64,000 nt of DNA from Mobula hypostoma. Lineage: Eukaryota. Shown one piece after another: positions 12,960 through 26,300 of the stretch (its first letter is position 1; every line of letters starts with the position of its first letter). The position numbers and the translations under genes are program-made. The notes beneath the pieces were generated by a model. That model ran no database searches, was not told the origin of the DNA, and saw only the letters and a list, made by a program, of their open reading frames with translations. Location: contig NC_086097.1 of NCBI RefSeq assembly GCF_963921235.1, positions 125,118,001 to 125,182,000 of the forward strand. The letters run 5' to 3'.

Positions 12960-13540
12960 TACCGTGTACAATCCTGATTTGATGGAGATGGACGTGAGAA
13001 GCACGGAGGAACATCTGGTGAAACTTCTAAAGTGCCTGTTTCACTGCTGCTGCTACTGTGCAACTCAAGATCTCCGGAGGAAAGGCCCTGAATCCTCGGC
13101 TTTGCCTGTTGCTTGGCGGCCAGGGCGGGGTTGAAGCGCTCGGCAGAGGATGATGCTCGGTGCTTGGTGTCAGAGGGCTGGTCAGAGGCTCGGAGTTTCT
13201 GGACGGACTCGGAGTCAGACTGTGGTTGGGTGCTTCCAGGATGCTGCATCGGCAAGTTTGCGGCGCTGGAAGCTCATGACAGGGAGAGTTTCTTCCTTCT
13301 ACTGTCTGCGTGAGATAATGGGGCTATTGGGACTTTGAGACTTCTTTTTTACCGTGCCCATGGTCTGCTCTTTATCAAGTTACGGTATTGCTTTGCACTG
13401 TTGTAACTATATGTTATAATTATGTGGCTTTTGTCAGTTTAGTCTTGGTCTGTCTTGTGTTTCTGTGATATCATACTGGAGGAACATTGTATCATTTCTT
13501 AATGCATGCATTACTAAATGACAATAAATGGGACACTCAG
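12960..13540 (+). mobile_element. Non-coding retroposon-like element (GC-rich body, AT-rich 3' end with AATAAA)
   Basis: GC-rich 5' part, then an AT-rich tail ending gacaataaatg; same architecture as 37930-38620, 54010-54860 and 57818-58608. Confidence 0.45.
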
Positions 13541-13605
13541 TCCTCATTTATTGTCATTTAGTAATGCATGCATTAAGAAATGATACAATGTTCCTCCAGT
13601 ATGAT
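13470..13605. repeat. Perfect inverted repeat, 61-bp arms with 14-bp spacer
   Basis: 13470-13530 is the exact reverse complement of 13545-13605; spacer is ggacactcagtcct. Confidence 0.95.
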
Positions 13606-14994
13606 CCAAATGATCAACCTGATTCTGATATGGGTCTCTATTGTGGACTGAGAGCAGGGAGGGGGGGGGGCGCAGGGAGATGGGAATCAGGGGAAAAGGG
13701 GAAGGGAGAGGGGAGGGAGTGGAAAACACCAGAGAGACATTCTGTAATGATCAATAAACCAATAGCTTGGAATCAAATGACCTTGTTCGGTGTGTTTGCA
13801 CCCGTGCCACTCCCCCCACTCCCCCGGCACTCTTTGTGTGCCACCAGTCCCACACCCAGCCCATGGCACTCCACCCTCGTCATTCCCCACATCCTTTGCT
13901 CCCGCCAGATTTACAAACTCGCTCTCCAATCCACATTGACAGTAAAGTAATATATATGTGCTTAAGACTTTTGCACAGCTCTATACATGGTGATGTCCTC
14001 TGCTGGTCCTGCGAGAAAAGACATTCTTAGGTTTAATGTGGTTGAATTAATAGCCTACAACATACATAGAAGATTCACAGTAGATTTATTATCAAAGAAT
14101 GTATAAATTATACAACCTTGAGATTTGTTTGCTTACAGTTAGCCACAAAGAAAGAAACCTGAAAGAACCCAATTAAAGAAAATAAATAAATACAAGTCCA
14201 ACACCCGAAGCTCAAGAGAAAGAAAAGAAACACAGATCATACAAACAATTGAAGCAAACAACAACATTTTAAACCAAATTGAGTCATCAGATCTGAACCC
14301 CGGAGAAGGCCCAAAGCCTTGCTTATCAGTTTATCATGTTAGCAGACACAAAGCACGGCAGCTGGGGCAGCCTTCATAGCCTCAGCACTATGGAGAGAGG
14401 AGTGACCAATACAGAGAGCGAGTGAAACCTTCTCTCACCTCAGATCCTGAACATAGAACAGTGGACTGCTGAGAACTACTTGCTCTTGCCAATAACATCC
14501 ATACACCATCAATTTACAGGACAAGTCTCTCTGGGACTTGGGCTATATAAATACATTTTTGAGTGCCTATATGTTTACTGGCTATCTTATATGTGCTCTA
14601 TGTGCCTTGCACTGTGTATGACTGTTGATACTGTGTGTTACATATTGGCCCCAGTGGAACACTGTTTCGTTTGGCTGTATTCATGGGTATTCATGTATAG
14701 TTGAATGATAATTAACCTTGAACTTGAACATTACAGCACAGTGCAGGCCCCTCGACCCACGATATTGTGTCAGCCTTTTAACCTACTCCACAATCAATCT
14801 AACCCTTCACTCCTACATAGCCCTCCATTTTTCTAACATCCATGTTCCTATCTAAGAGGCTCTTAAATGTTTCTGATGTATCTGCCTCTCCCACCACCCC
14901 TGGCAGGATGTTCCATGCACTCACCACTCTCCATGTAAAAAAGATGCCTCGTATGTTCTGAGTTCTAAATTTTGTCCATTGGGTACAATACCAA

Positions 14995-15305
14995 CCTGGG
15001 CAGCACTATAGCACTGCTACAGCACCAGCGACTCAGATTTAATTCCCAACACTATCTGTAGGTAGTGTATGTTCTCCCTGAGACCGCATGGGTTTCCTCT
15101 GGGTGCTTCCGTTTCTTCCCACTTTTCAAAGATGTACGGGTTAGAATTAGTAAGTTGTGGGCCAGTTATGTTGGCGCTGGAAGTGTGTCAACACTTGTGG
15201 GCTGCCCCCAGCAGATCCCCAGACTTTGCTGGTCATTGATGCAAACAGTACATTTCTCTGTATGTTTTGATGTTCATATGACAAAAAAGGCTAATCTTTA
15301 ATCTT
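14995..15305 (+). mobile_element. tRNA-derived V-domain SINE (HE1-like)
   Basis: Degenerate box B (gatttaattccc) and central gtatgttctccctgagaccgcatgggtttcctctgggtgcttccgtttc shared with other copies. Confidence 0.65.
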
Positions 15306-15714
15306 CTAAACTACAGAAAATAAAAAGTGAAGTTGACTGCAGATAGAAATTCTGAAGGATGTAAACTACGAGATTACATATGGGATTGTAAGTTTTATTA
15401 AAATGAGTACACAGTATACTAAAAGCAAAAAGTGAATGTAAAAAATACTAGTTATGAGGTAGGCGCAGCAATGAAGATATTTCCTCCAGATCTTCGCAAG
15501 TGAAGAACTAGCCATCATCACCATCATCACCATCAGTTAGGCGCAAGTAGTAATTAAATAGTCACAGTTTGTATGGTTCCTATGGGAAAGAATAACTAAG
15601 CCAGGAGAGAATAAGGATTTCCTGTAAAATGATACCAGAACCAAAACATGTTAGTTATTAGAGCAACCCAAAGGTCTCTGCTTTCTTAATGTGACCAAAG
15701 AAGCATACAGAACA

Positions 15715-16005
15715 TAGGCACCGCTGTAGCGTAGCAGTTAGCATGATGCTATTACAGTTCAGAGTTCAGAGTTCATGTTCCAGTATCCTCTGTAAGAAAA
15801 TTTCTACGTTCTTCCCATGTGTGTGTGAGCTTCCTCTGGGTGTTCCAGTTTCCTGCTACAGTCCAAAGGCGTACCGGTTAGTTGGTTGATTGGTCATTCT
15901 AAATTGTCCTAGGCTAGGGTTAAATCGGTGGGTTGCTGGGCAGTACAGCTAGGTGGGCTGGGAGAGAGAGCCTGTTCCATATTATATATTTAAATACAAT
16001 AAAGC
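15715..16005 (+). mobile_element. tRNA-derived V-domain SINE
   Basis: Box A-like tagcgtagcagttagc and the shared central domain. Confidence 0.65.
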
Positions 16006-16100
16006 AACATTTAACACAACATTACAGTAGAATACGGGCCTCCTGGACCATGATGTTGTTTTTAACCTCCTCCAAAATCAATCTAACCCTTCCCTCCCAC

Positions 16101-16217
16101 CATTTTTTCTATTTTTATGTGCCTAAGAGTTTCTTAGATGTCACTAATGTATCAGACTCCATTTTTCTATTCTTATGTGCCTAAGAGTTTCTTAGATGTC
16201 GCTAATGTATCAGACTC
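16101..16217. repeat. Local tandem duplication (59 + 58 bp) inside a CR1 3' end
   Basis: cattttttctat...tcagactc is repeated at 16101 and 16160 with few differences. Confidence 0.9.
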
Positions 16218-16877
16218 TACCCTGACAAGGCGTTCCACACAGCCACTACCCTCTGTGTAAAAAAAGTTACCTCTGACATTCATCCATTACTCTCCTCCAA
16301 TACCATTAGAATTAGGCCCCCTTGTATCAGCAATTTCCACCCTTAGAATGCGCATCAAATCAATTCAGTGAGGATTTGATATTGCCAGGGGCAGATGTTG
16401 ATGTTGCCAACATCGCATGCCCATAACTCACAAACCCTGAACCATACGTCATTGGAATCTGGGAAGACACTGGAGATCCCGGAGGAGACCCAGGTGGTTA
16501 TCGGGAGAACGTACAAATTCCTTCCAGGCAGAATCCCGGTCGGTAATTACCGGTACTATTAAGCAATGCAATAACCGCTATGCCACTTCTTGTAAGTAGA
16601 GTTTATAGAGTTTCAAGTTTCAAATGTTTTGATGATCAAACTAGACTAAATATTTAATATGACTCAGAACGCACAGGCAGTATGCAGCTGCCTCTTTGTC
16701 ATTGGGACATAAAAATAAAGAGAATTAGGTTATTTTTGAACAGAGGGTGGGTCACTGCTGGTGCTTTGTCTCCTTTTATGAAAGGATGGAGTCGGGCAAA
16801 TTGCTGGTGTGAAAGGACTGTCCTATCATGTGAAACCAATGAAGTCTGGAAGAATGCGAGGTAACCTTACTGAAATA

Positions 16878-17200
16878 TACACTCAGAAGCCACCTTATTG
16901 TATACTTTCTGTACCTAATAACCAGTCTGGTCATTCTCTTCTGACCTCTCTCATTAACAAGGTGTTTTCACCCACAGAACTGCTGGTCACTGGATACATT
17001 TTTGTTTTTTGCACCGATCTCTGTAAACTCCAGAGGCTGCTGTGTGTGAAAATCCCAGGTGATAAAGCATTTTCCAGGATACGCAAAACAACCCATCTGG
17101 CACCAACAATCAATCCATGTTACTTCGATCATATTCCTTTCCCATTCTGATGTTTGTTCTGACCGTGGATTAACATTCTCTCGCTTGTCTTCTAACGCCA
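16878..17200 (-). mobile_element. Tc1 remnant
   Basis: ORF 16931..17113 has MIVGARW...SSSVGENTLLMREVRRE; TIR-like cactcagaagccaccttatt. Confidence 0.75.
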
Positions 17201-17214
17201 CTTTGAGAATTCAT

Positions 17215-17447
17215 AACCACATGAGATTCTGCAGGTAATGGAAATCCAGAGCAATACACACAAAATGCTAGAGGAACTCAGTCAGTCAGGCAGCATCTAT
17301 GGAAAACTGTCAACATTTCAGGCAGAGACCCTTCATTGGGTCTTGATACCCTGATAAAGGGCTTCAGCCCAAAATGTTGACTCTTTGTTCCTCTCCATGG
17401 ATGCTGCCTGACCTGTTGGGTTCCACCAGTATTTTTGTGTGTGTTGT
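17215..17447. mobile_element. Palindromic Penelope-derived mini-element with two decayed hammerhead motifs
   Basis: Minus-strand PLE end (17215-17340) joined to a plus-strand PLE end (17350-17447). Confidence 0.7.
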
Positions 17448-17689
17448 GAATCCATGCTTCTTGGAGACAGGACAGATGAGTGCAAGTCAATGATTAGATT
17501 GTTAGGAGTCGTCTCTAACTGTTCTAGATTCTGTTCTGTGTACATGGTGGACCTGTTTTGAAACTTATGGAGAAAGCCAAAATGCTTGCTCTTCCAGAGA
17601 GGCACCAGTAGCTATAGATACTGGAATCTGGAGCATGAAACAAAATGCTAGAGAAATTCAGTAGTTTAGGCAGCATCTGTGGAAGGAGA

Positions 17690-18800
17690 ACAACAACCTC
17701 TCACTCAAAGTCAGCAAAACCAAAGAGCTGCAGGAGGAAGAAGCTGGATGACTATGAACCAGTCTTCATTGGGGAAGGGGGATCAGAGATGAAAAGGGCT
17801 AACTTTAAATTCCTTTGCATTATCATATCAGAGGGTATGTCCGGGGACTAGCACATACTCTAAGTGCCATCACAAAAAGGCCAACGGTACCTCTACTATC
17901 TTGGGAGTTTCTGTAGGTTCAGCATGCCACCAAAAAACTTTGACAAACATGTATAGATGCACAGTGGTGGGTATCCTAGCCGGCTGCATCACAGCCTGGT
18001 ATGGAAATACTAATGCCCAGGAATGGAGAAGTCTACAGAAAGTGATGGACACACATCCCAGTTCATCACAGACAAAGAACCCCCCCCCGCCCCACCATTA
18101 CCACACTTACATGGAGTGCTGCCACGAAATTAGTTTTAAAGTTAATTTATTATCAAAGTATATATATGTTACCATATACAACCTTGAGATTCACTTTCCT
18201 GCAGACATACTCAGAAAATCCATAGAATAATAACTGTAACAGAATCAGTGAAAGGCCTCACCAATGTAGGCATTCAACCGGTGTCTGTCTGCCAGTTTTG
18301 CCACTGCTGTTTAGGGCAGCAATGAAGGTCTCCCATCTCTGCGGTGTTTAGGGCTTCCTTCATCATATCAGTAGCTTCCTCATTTCAACCATTTGCAAAC
18401 GACGGAAAAGCAGCATCCATCATCAAGGACCCCCAGCATCCAGGCCATGCTCTCTTCTTGCTACTACCATCAGGCAGGAGGTACAGGAGCCTTAGGTCCC
18501 ACACCACCAGGATCAGGGACAGTTACTACCCTACAATCATCAGGCTCCTGAACCACTGTGGACAACTTCACTCACCTCAACGCTGAACTGATTCCACAAC
18601 CCACCCCCAGACTCACTTTCAAAGACTCTACAACTCGTGTTCTCAGTGTTATTTATATTTTTTATTTGCACTGTTTGTCTACTTCTGTACATTGGTTGCT
18701 TGTCAGTTTTTGCTTATCTACAGTTTCTCATAAATTATATTGTACTTCTTTATTTTCCTGTAAATGCCAGCAAGGCCATATATAATAACATATATGCACT
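17690..18800 (+). mobile_element. Degenerate Rex1/Babar-like RT C-terminus and 3' UTR, interrupted at ~18130-18400
   Basis: ORFs contain NFKFLCIIISE, YRCTVVGILAGCITAWYGN and AASIIKDPQHPGHALFLLLPSGRRYRSL. Confidence 0.7.
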
Positions 18801-21800
18801 TTGATAATAAATTTATCTTGACTTTGGGAAATGGGCCGTCGATATTTCCTGGTGAGACACTTCATCTCGGCAGATGTCTCCATCTCGTTGAGCTCCTCCA
18901 GCATTTTGTTTTTTTACTTCTCCCACTCTTTCATATTGTCATTCAAAGACCGTCACTTGAGTAGTTGTGGGGAGGCAAACTAGGGATGGGGAGACAGGTA
19001 CTCAGCATCATCAGGAACCATATATGCCAGTATACTCTGCGTGTTTAACATACCTCTCCGAAAGCAATCATATTACTGCGTCCAGAACACCCTATTTGAA
19101 GCTATCACAGCAGTTTGACTTATCAATAACTGGACTCACCTGAGGTAAAAGGTAGATCCATGTCATAAAAAATGCAGAAGTCCACCTTTAACTACAACAC
19201 CTGGCTTTTGAAGAGCCACCTGCATCAGTTCACATATATTACATCAGCAGCACAAGCTGCAATTGTCACAGACAGCAGTGTCGTCATATAGACGTGCCCG
19301 AGTTCAGGATTTGCAAATGGGAAGTTGGGGAGGAGAATGGAGTTTAAGTTGATATTTTTTTTAGTAAGTAGTGAACACACAGTTATAACTTTCTTAACAT
19401 GTTGCATGGCAGGGGACAGCGTCAGCGTACAAGAATGTCCCTTTGGAAGAGAGATGAGGAGGAATTTCTTTAGCCAGAGGGTGGTGAATCTGTGGAATTT
19501 ATTGCCACAGATGGCTGTGGAGGCCAGATGTTTGGAGCACATATAAAGTGGAGATTGACAGGTTTTTGATTAGCAAGGGCATCAAAGGTTAAGGGATTAA
19601 GGCAAAAGAATCAGGTTGAGAGCGAAAATAAAGTTCAACTTCAGGTTTATTGACATTCAATGGCATACATGTATACCGCCAAACAAAACAATGTTCCTCC
19701 AGACCAAGGTGCACAACATATTGCATATAACTCACACACAACACATAAAGTAACATTACCTCAAATAAAGTAACAAATAATGAAATATATTCCAGAAGAC
19801 TGACACTTGGCATAAGGTGCATTTGCGACACAAGTTAAAAAGTAAGCAGTTTAATGCTACTGGCAATTCATAACTGATGAGACTTGGTTGGTGGCGGAGA
19901 GTTCAGTGGTCTCATGGCCTAGGGGAAGAAGCTGTTTCCCATCCTAACAGTCCTTGCGCTGATACTACAGCACCTCCTGCCCGGCTGTAGGGGTTCAAAG
20001 AGATTGCGGGATGGATGGCAGGGACCCTTGACAATGCCAAGGTCCCTAAATATGCAGTGCTTCTGATAAACATCCTGGATGGGTGAAAGAGAGACCCTGA
20101 TAAATCAGTCTTGATTAAATGACAGAGCCGACCCGATGGGCCAAATGGCCTAAAAGAGTTCCTATGTCATATGGTCTTATTGTCTTATTACGCACATCAC
20201 CTGTCTCCTCAGAGTAATGTTATCATTACCACAAGATGGTATTCAGTATTTATGTAACATTAACTCTTGCAGGCCATTTCTGGTTTCTCTATACACAAAT
20301 GTTTATATTACACACAGAACAGAGTTCAGACATGCCTGATGTTTCAGAGCTGGAGATGTCAGCATAGTTGTGCAATGTGTGAAATTATGACCTGAATAAG
20401 CTTCTCCTCCTTTGACTCATGCCTCTGTGATGCAAAGTGCTGGTGCTAATTCACAGGGTGGGTGGAGAATTCATCATAATTGCAGGGCTGCTGGGTTTGT
20501 GCTAACTACCGTGGTGCAGCCAAATGCAATGTTGGACACAACTCATCAGCTCCTTCACAGTCAAAGGAAATTGCAGAAGGGGACGTGACAGAGGCCACAC
20601 CCAAATTGTTCACCTCTTTCACTGTGGGAGTTGGCAAGCACAGTCCGAAAGAACTCACTGAAAGATCTTGTTTCATCATTGGCAGTGAAATTCCAATACT
20701 GTACTAGCAAAAAAAATGCAGCAATAATAATTGTTTCAATAAAACTTACTTTGAAAAGTTAGTTAATCCCTATACATGATGTATTTATAAAATACACTCT
20801 GTCCACTTTATGAGGTACACCTCTACCCCTGCTTTTTTTTTAATTCAAATTTTATTATTATTTATCCTTATTTTACAAAGCAGCACAGCATTTCACAGAG
20901 CAGATATGGTACAGCATATTTACACGGACATCCCATGACAGGAAAACAAATAAAACTTAGAGACAGAAAGAAGTTCTAATTTAAGTTTAAATTAACATAC
21001 AACCAAAATTGATCCCAGGCGTCTTGTACTTTTCCCTCACTGTTAGTTCTTCCCAACATGTGTTCATATGATGAAATCTTAATCATTTCCTCAGTCCACT
21101 CCTTCACAGTGGGACATCTGGGTTTTTTCCAGTTTTGCAATATAATTCTTGCAACTGTGATAAGACCCACCTTTAAAATAGTAAATTTGTCATTGTTTAC
21201 ATTAGGTATCATTGTCCTATCACCCAAGAGACAAAGCCGTGGGCACAAGGGCAGTGTGGAACCCGACCAACTCCCCAACAAATCAAGAACTTTACACCAA
21301 AATGGACGAACCATGGAACACTCCCAAATCATGTGAAAATATGTGCCCACCTCATTTTTACATTTCCAGCATAAATTATTATCAACAATCCCCATTTTGT
21401 ACAGTCTAGTTGGTGTCCAATAGTATCTGTGTACTATCTTATACTGAATAAATTTCCCTCTTGCTTCCCTAATATGTCTACCCACATTTGATAAAATATT
21501 TGACCACTCATTATCTTCAATATCGCTTCCAAGATCCTTCTGCCATACTGCTTTGAGATTGTTACACGATTCACCCACAGAGTGCTTGAACATTTTATAA
21601 AACACTGATGCTTTTTAAACTTGCTGTGGTAATGTAAAGTATTCAGTTAAAGAGTTACTTTGTGGGTCACCATTCTTGAATATGCTACTAATGCAATGTC
21701 TTATCTGTAAATACTTCCAAAAATTCCCTTTATCTACAAAGTTATATTTCCTCTGCAAATCCACATACGACATTAAAATCCCATTCTCGTAGAGATCACC

Positions 21801-23320
21801 TACTGTATTTACACCTTCAATCTTCCATCTTTCCAGTACATTATTCTTTTCCCAATGCATATCTCAGGGTTATTCCAGGGCGAGGAGTATAACTGGTTTA
21901 AATGTGACTTTCTACAGGCTTTATGAATTGTACTCCACACACTCCTTGAGCGAAATAGTATAGGATTTAGGTTAGTCTTGCTTTCCACATGTTGGGAGAA
22001 GATGTTAAGGGGTGAATGTCATGCAGCCAGGCTCCGTTTTATAATTACACAATCTAAATCAACATCAGCCCTGCCCCGATGTTTAACTAATTTGGTCATT
22101 TCAAAGAATAATTTATATGCCCTGACGTCTGGCAGACTGACCCCACCCATGTCCCTGGACATACACATCTTACTTATTTTAATTCTGGGCTTCTTCTTAT
22201 CCCATAGAAAATCACTGATAATTTTGTTGTATTGCTTGTAGATCATATCTGATATATTTAAAGGAAGCATCATAGAAGGCTAGTTAAACTGAGGTGCTAC
22301 GACCATTTTAACTACATTGACTTTACCCCAGAGTGACAGTCTCAGTGCCCCCCACTAATCCAGATTATTTCTTATCCTACTCAATAATGGATCATAATTT
22401 AAAGTGATTATTTCATCCAAATTCTGACTGAGTTTGACCCCCTAGGTAATTTATTCCAACTGGCACCCATCTGAAATTAAACTGAGATATTGAACTTGAA
22501 TAACACAATTTTAACATTGGTATAGCCTCAGATTTATTGCAGTTGATTTTATAACCAGATACCTCAGAATATAATTGAATCGTTTTCATTAGTGAGGGTA
22601 AGGAATTAGGAGGGTCACTAATCAGTAATAAAATATTGTCAGCATATAGCATCAGCTTATGCTCCTTTCCGCCTCCCTTCACCCCTCTAATATTTGGATC
22701 TGCTCTAATCATGATTGCCAACCGTTCCAAACAAATCGTAAATAACAGTGGGGAGAGGGGGCAGCCTTGGTGTGTACCCCTTGAAATGCTGAAAAATGGG
22801 GATATGATACCATTTGTAATAACTGCAGCCTTAGTGTTTTTATTCAAAATTCTAATCCATGATTTAAAGATAGAGCCAAACCCAAAGAATGACAAGGCTG
22901 TGCTTAAAAATCTCCACTCAACCCCGACAAAGGCCTTTTCGGCGTCCAGGGAGATGGCAGTAACTGGGACACTACTTGAGTAGTTCAGCCATGTTAAGTG
23001 CAATAATCTCCTTAAATTGTCAGCTGGGGATCTGCCTTTAATGAAGCCAACCTGGTCAGTATTAATTATAGATGGCAATACTTTCTCTAATCGTGAAGCC
23101 AGTATTTTAGTCAGTATCTTACAGTCCACATTAATTAAACTTATAGGCCTACAATTGGAAGGATCTATTGCATCCCTGTCTTTTTTTTTGGGATCAATGA
23201 TATTAATGCTTCATTAAATGTATTAGGTAAAGATTCCAAATTAAATGCTTCTGAATAGATTTTTGTTAGAATAGGAGCCAATATGTCCAGAAATTTCTTA
23301 TAATATTCAGCTGGGTGACC

Positions 23321-26300
23321 CCTGTTTCCATTCGGGGGTTAGTGTGGACATGGTGGAGGATTACAAATACCTGGGGATACGAATTGACAATAAACTGGAC
23401 TGGTCAAAGAACACTGAGGCTGTCTACAAGAAGGGTCAGAGCCGTCGCTATTTCCTGAGGAGACTGAGGTCCTTTAACATCTGCCGGACGATGCTGAGGA
23501 TGTTCTACAAGTCTGTGGTGACCAGTGCTATCATGTTTGCTGTTGTGTGCTGGGGCAGCAGGCTGAGGGTAGCAGACACCAACAGAATCAACAAACTCAT
23601 TCCTAAGGCCAGTGATGTTGTGGGGATGGAACTGGACTCTCTGACGGTGGTGTCTGAAAAGAGGATGCTGTCCAAGTTGCATGCCATCTTGGACAATATC
23701 TCCCATCCACTACATAATGTACTGGTTGGGCACAGGAGTACATTCAGCCAGAGACTCATTCCACCAAGATGCAACACTAAGCATCATAGGAAGTCATTCC
23801 TGCCTGTGGCCATCAAACTTTACAACTCCTCCCTTGGAGGGTCAGACACCCTGAGCCAATAGGCTGGTCCTGGACTGCGAGTGAGGCGAGGAACAGAAGG
23901 ATTATACAGCTCAATACATAGCTGAGAGGATGGTGCGGGAGAGAGGGCTTCAGGTTTTTAGATAATTGGGCTTTGTTCCAGGGAAAGTGGTATCTGTTCC
24001 GATGGGCCGGTTTACACCTGAACTGGAGGGGTACTAACATTCTTGCAAGAAAGTTTGCTAGTGCTGCTTGGGGGGGTTTAAACTAAATTTGCAGGGGGCA
24101 GGTATCCAGAATGTGAGAGAGGATAGCAAGATGAAGTATAAAGGACAGGTGGGGACTACATGGTTCCGGAATATTAAGTGTGAAGTAGAGGAAGGTGAGG
24201 TGGAACGAGTGATAAGGAGGATACATGTGCAGAGGGATGGTCTGACAGAGCATGGAGTTAAATGTGCAGAAAGAGTAAGTAAATTTAAGAGGGACAACAA
24301 AATTCAAGGGGCGTATAGCCCGGTGAGAGTTCAGGGAGCTGGGTTATGCACAATAGGCAGCGATTTAAACAGAGAGAGGAGAAATGGGTTAAAAATTCTG
24401 TATCTGAATGCACAAAGTGTCAGAAATAAGGCAGGTGAGCTTGAAGCTCAGGTGCGAATGGGTAACTATGATGTTGTTGGGATAACGGAGACATGGCTGC
24501 AGGGGGATCAGATCTGGGAATTGAATGTACAAGGGTATATGTGCTATCGAAGGGACAGAAAAGTGGGCAGAAGGGGTGGGGTGGCCCTGTTGGTGAGGAA
24601 TGAGATTCAGTCCCTTGCAAGGGGGGACATAGAATCAGGAGAAGTAGAATCAGTGTGGATAGAACTGAGGAACAGTAAGGGCAAAAAGACCCTAATAGGT
24701 GTTATCTACAGGCCCCCAAACAGTAGCATGGATACTGGGTGCAAGTTGAATAGGGAGTTAACAATGGCATGTGGCAAAGGAAATGTCGCAGTAGTTATGG
24801 GGGATTTCAACATGCAGGTGAACTGGGAAAATCAGGTTGGTACTGGACCCCAGGATAGGGAGTTTGTAGAGTGCCTACGGGATGCATTTTTGGAGCAGCT
24901 TGTACGAGAGCCGACCAGGGATAAGGCTATTCTGGATTTAGTGTTGTGCAATGAACAGGATTTGATAAGTGATCTTGAAGTAAAGGAGCCATTAGGAGGT
25001 AGTGACCATAATATGATAAGTTTTTATCTGCAAGTTGAGAAGGATTAGGGCAGATCAGAAGTGTCAGTATTGCAGTTGAACAAAGGAGACTATGGAACCA
25101 TGAGGGAGGAGCTGGCCAAGGTTGACTGGTTGGATATCCTAGCAGAAAAGATAGTGGAACAGCAATGGCAGGTATTCTTGGGAATAATGCACAAGGTGCA
25201 AAATCAGTTCATCCCCCGGAGAAGGAAGGATTCAAAGGGGGGAAAGTGGCCACAGTGGTTGACAAAGGAAGTCAGAGATAGCATAGCATTAAAAAAGAAG
25301 TATAACAGAGCTAAGGTGAGTGGGAAGACGGATGATTGGAAAATTTTTAAGGAGCAACAGAACTTAACTAAAAAGGCAATACGGGGAGAAAAAATGAGGT
25401 ATGAACGCAAGCTAGCTAGGAATATAAAGGAGGATAGCAAAATTTTTTTAGGTATGTGAAGGGAAGGAAGATAGTTAAGAACAATGTTGGGCCCTTGAAG
25501 AATGAATTGGGAGAAATTGTTATGGGAAACAGAGAAATGGCAGACGAATTTAATAAGTACTTTGGATCTGTCTTCACTAGGGAAGACACAAGCAATCTCC
25601 CAGATGTATGGATGGGCCAAGGACATAGGGTAACAGAGGAACTGAAACAGATTGATATTAGGAAGGAAACGGTGATGAGTAGACAAATGGGACTGAAGGC
25701 TAACAAATCCCCAGGTCCAGATGGTCTGCATCCTAGGGTACTAAAGGAGGTGGCTCTGGAAATTGCGGATGCATTGGTGATCATTTTCCAATGTTCCTTA
25801 GATTCAGGATCAGTTCCTGAGGATTGGCGAATGGCTAATGTTATCCCACTTTTTAAGAAAGGAAGGAGGGAGAAAACAGAGAACTATCGCCCTGTTATCC
25901 TAACATCAGTAGTGGGGAAGATGCTAGAGTCCATTACTAAAGATGAAATAGCAGCATATCTTGATAGCAGTGATAGGATTGGGCCAAGCCAGCATGGATT
26001 TACCAAGAGCAAATCATGCTTGACTAATCTATTGGAGTTTTTCGAGGATGTAACCAGGAAGATAGACGCGGGAGATCCAGTGGATGTGGTGTACCTTGAC
26101 TTTCAGAAGGCATTCGATAAGGTACCACATAGGAGATTGGTGGGTAAAATCAGAGCTCATGGCATTGGGGGGAGGATATTGACATGGATAGAAAACTGGT
26201 TGGCAGATAGAAAGCAAAGGGTAGCAGTGAATGGGTGTTTCTCGGAATGGCAGGTGGTGACTAGTGGGGTGCCACAGGGCTCGGTATTGGGACCTCAGCT

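Noticed and set aside
20330..20710. Enhancer-like unique island (TGACTCA at 20413-20419, CACCC box)
   Set aside because: Short motifs are expected by chance, and no conservation or chromatin evidence is available.
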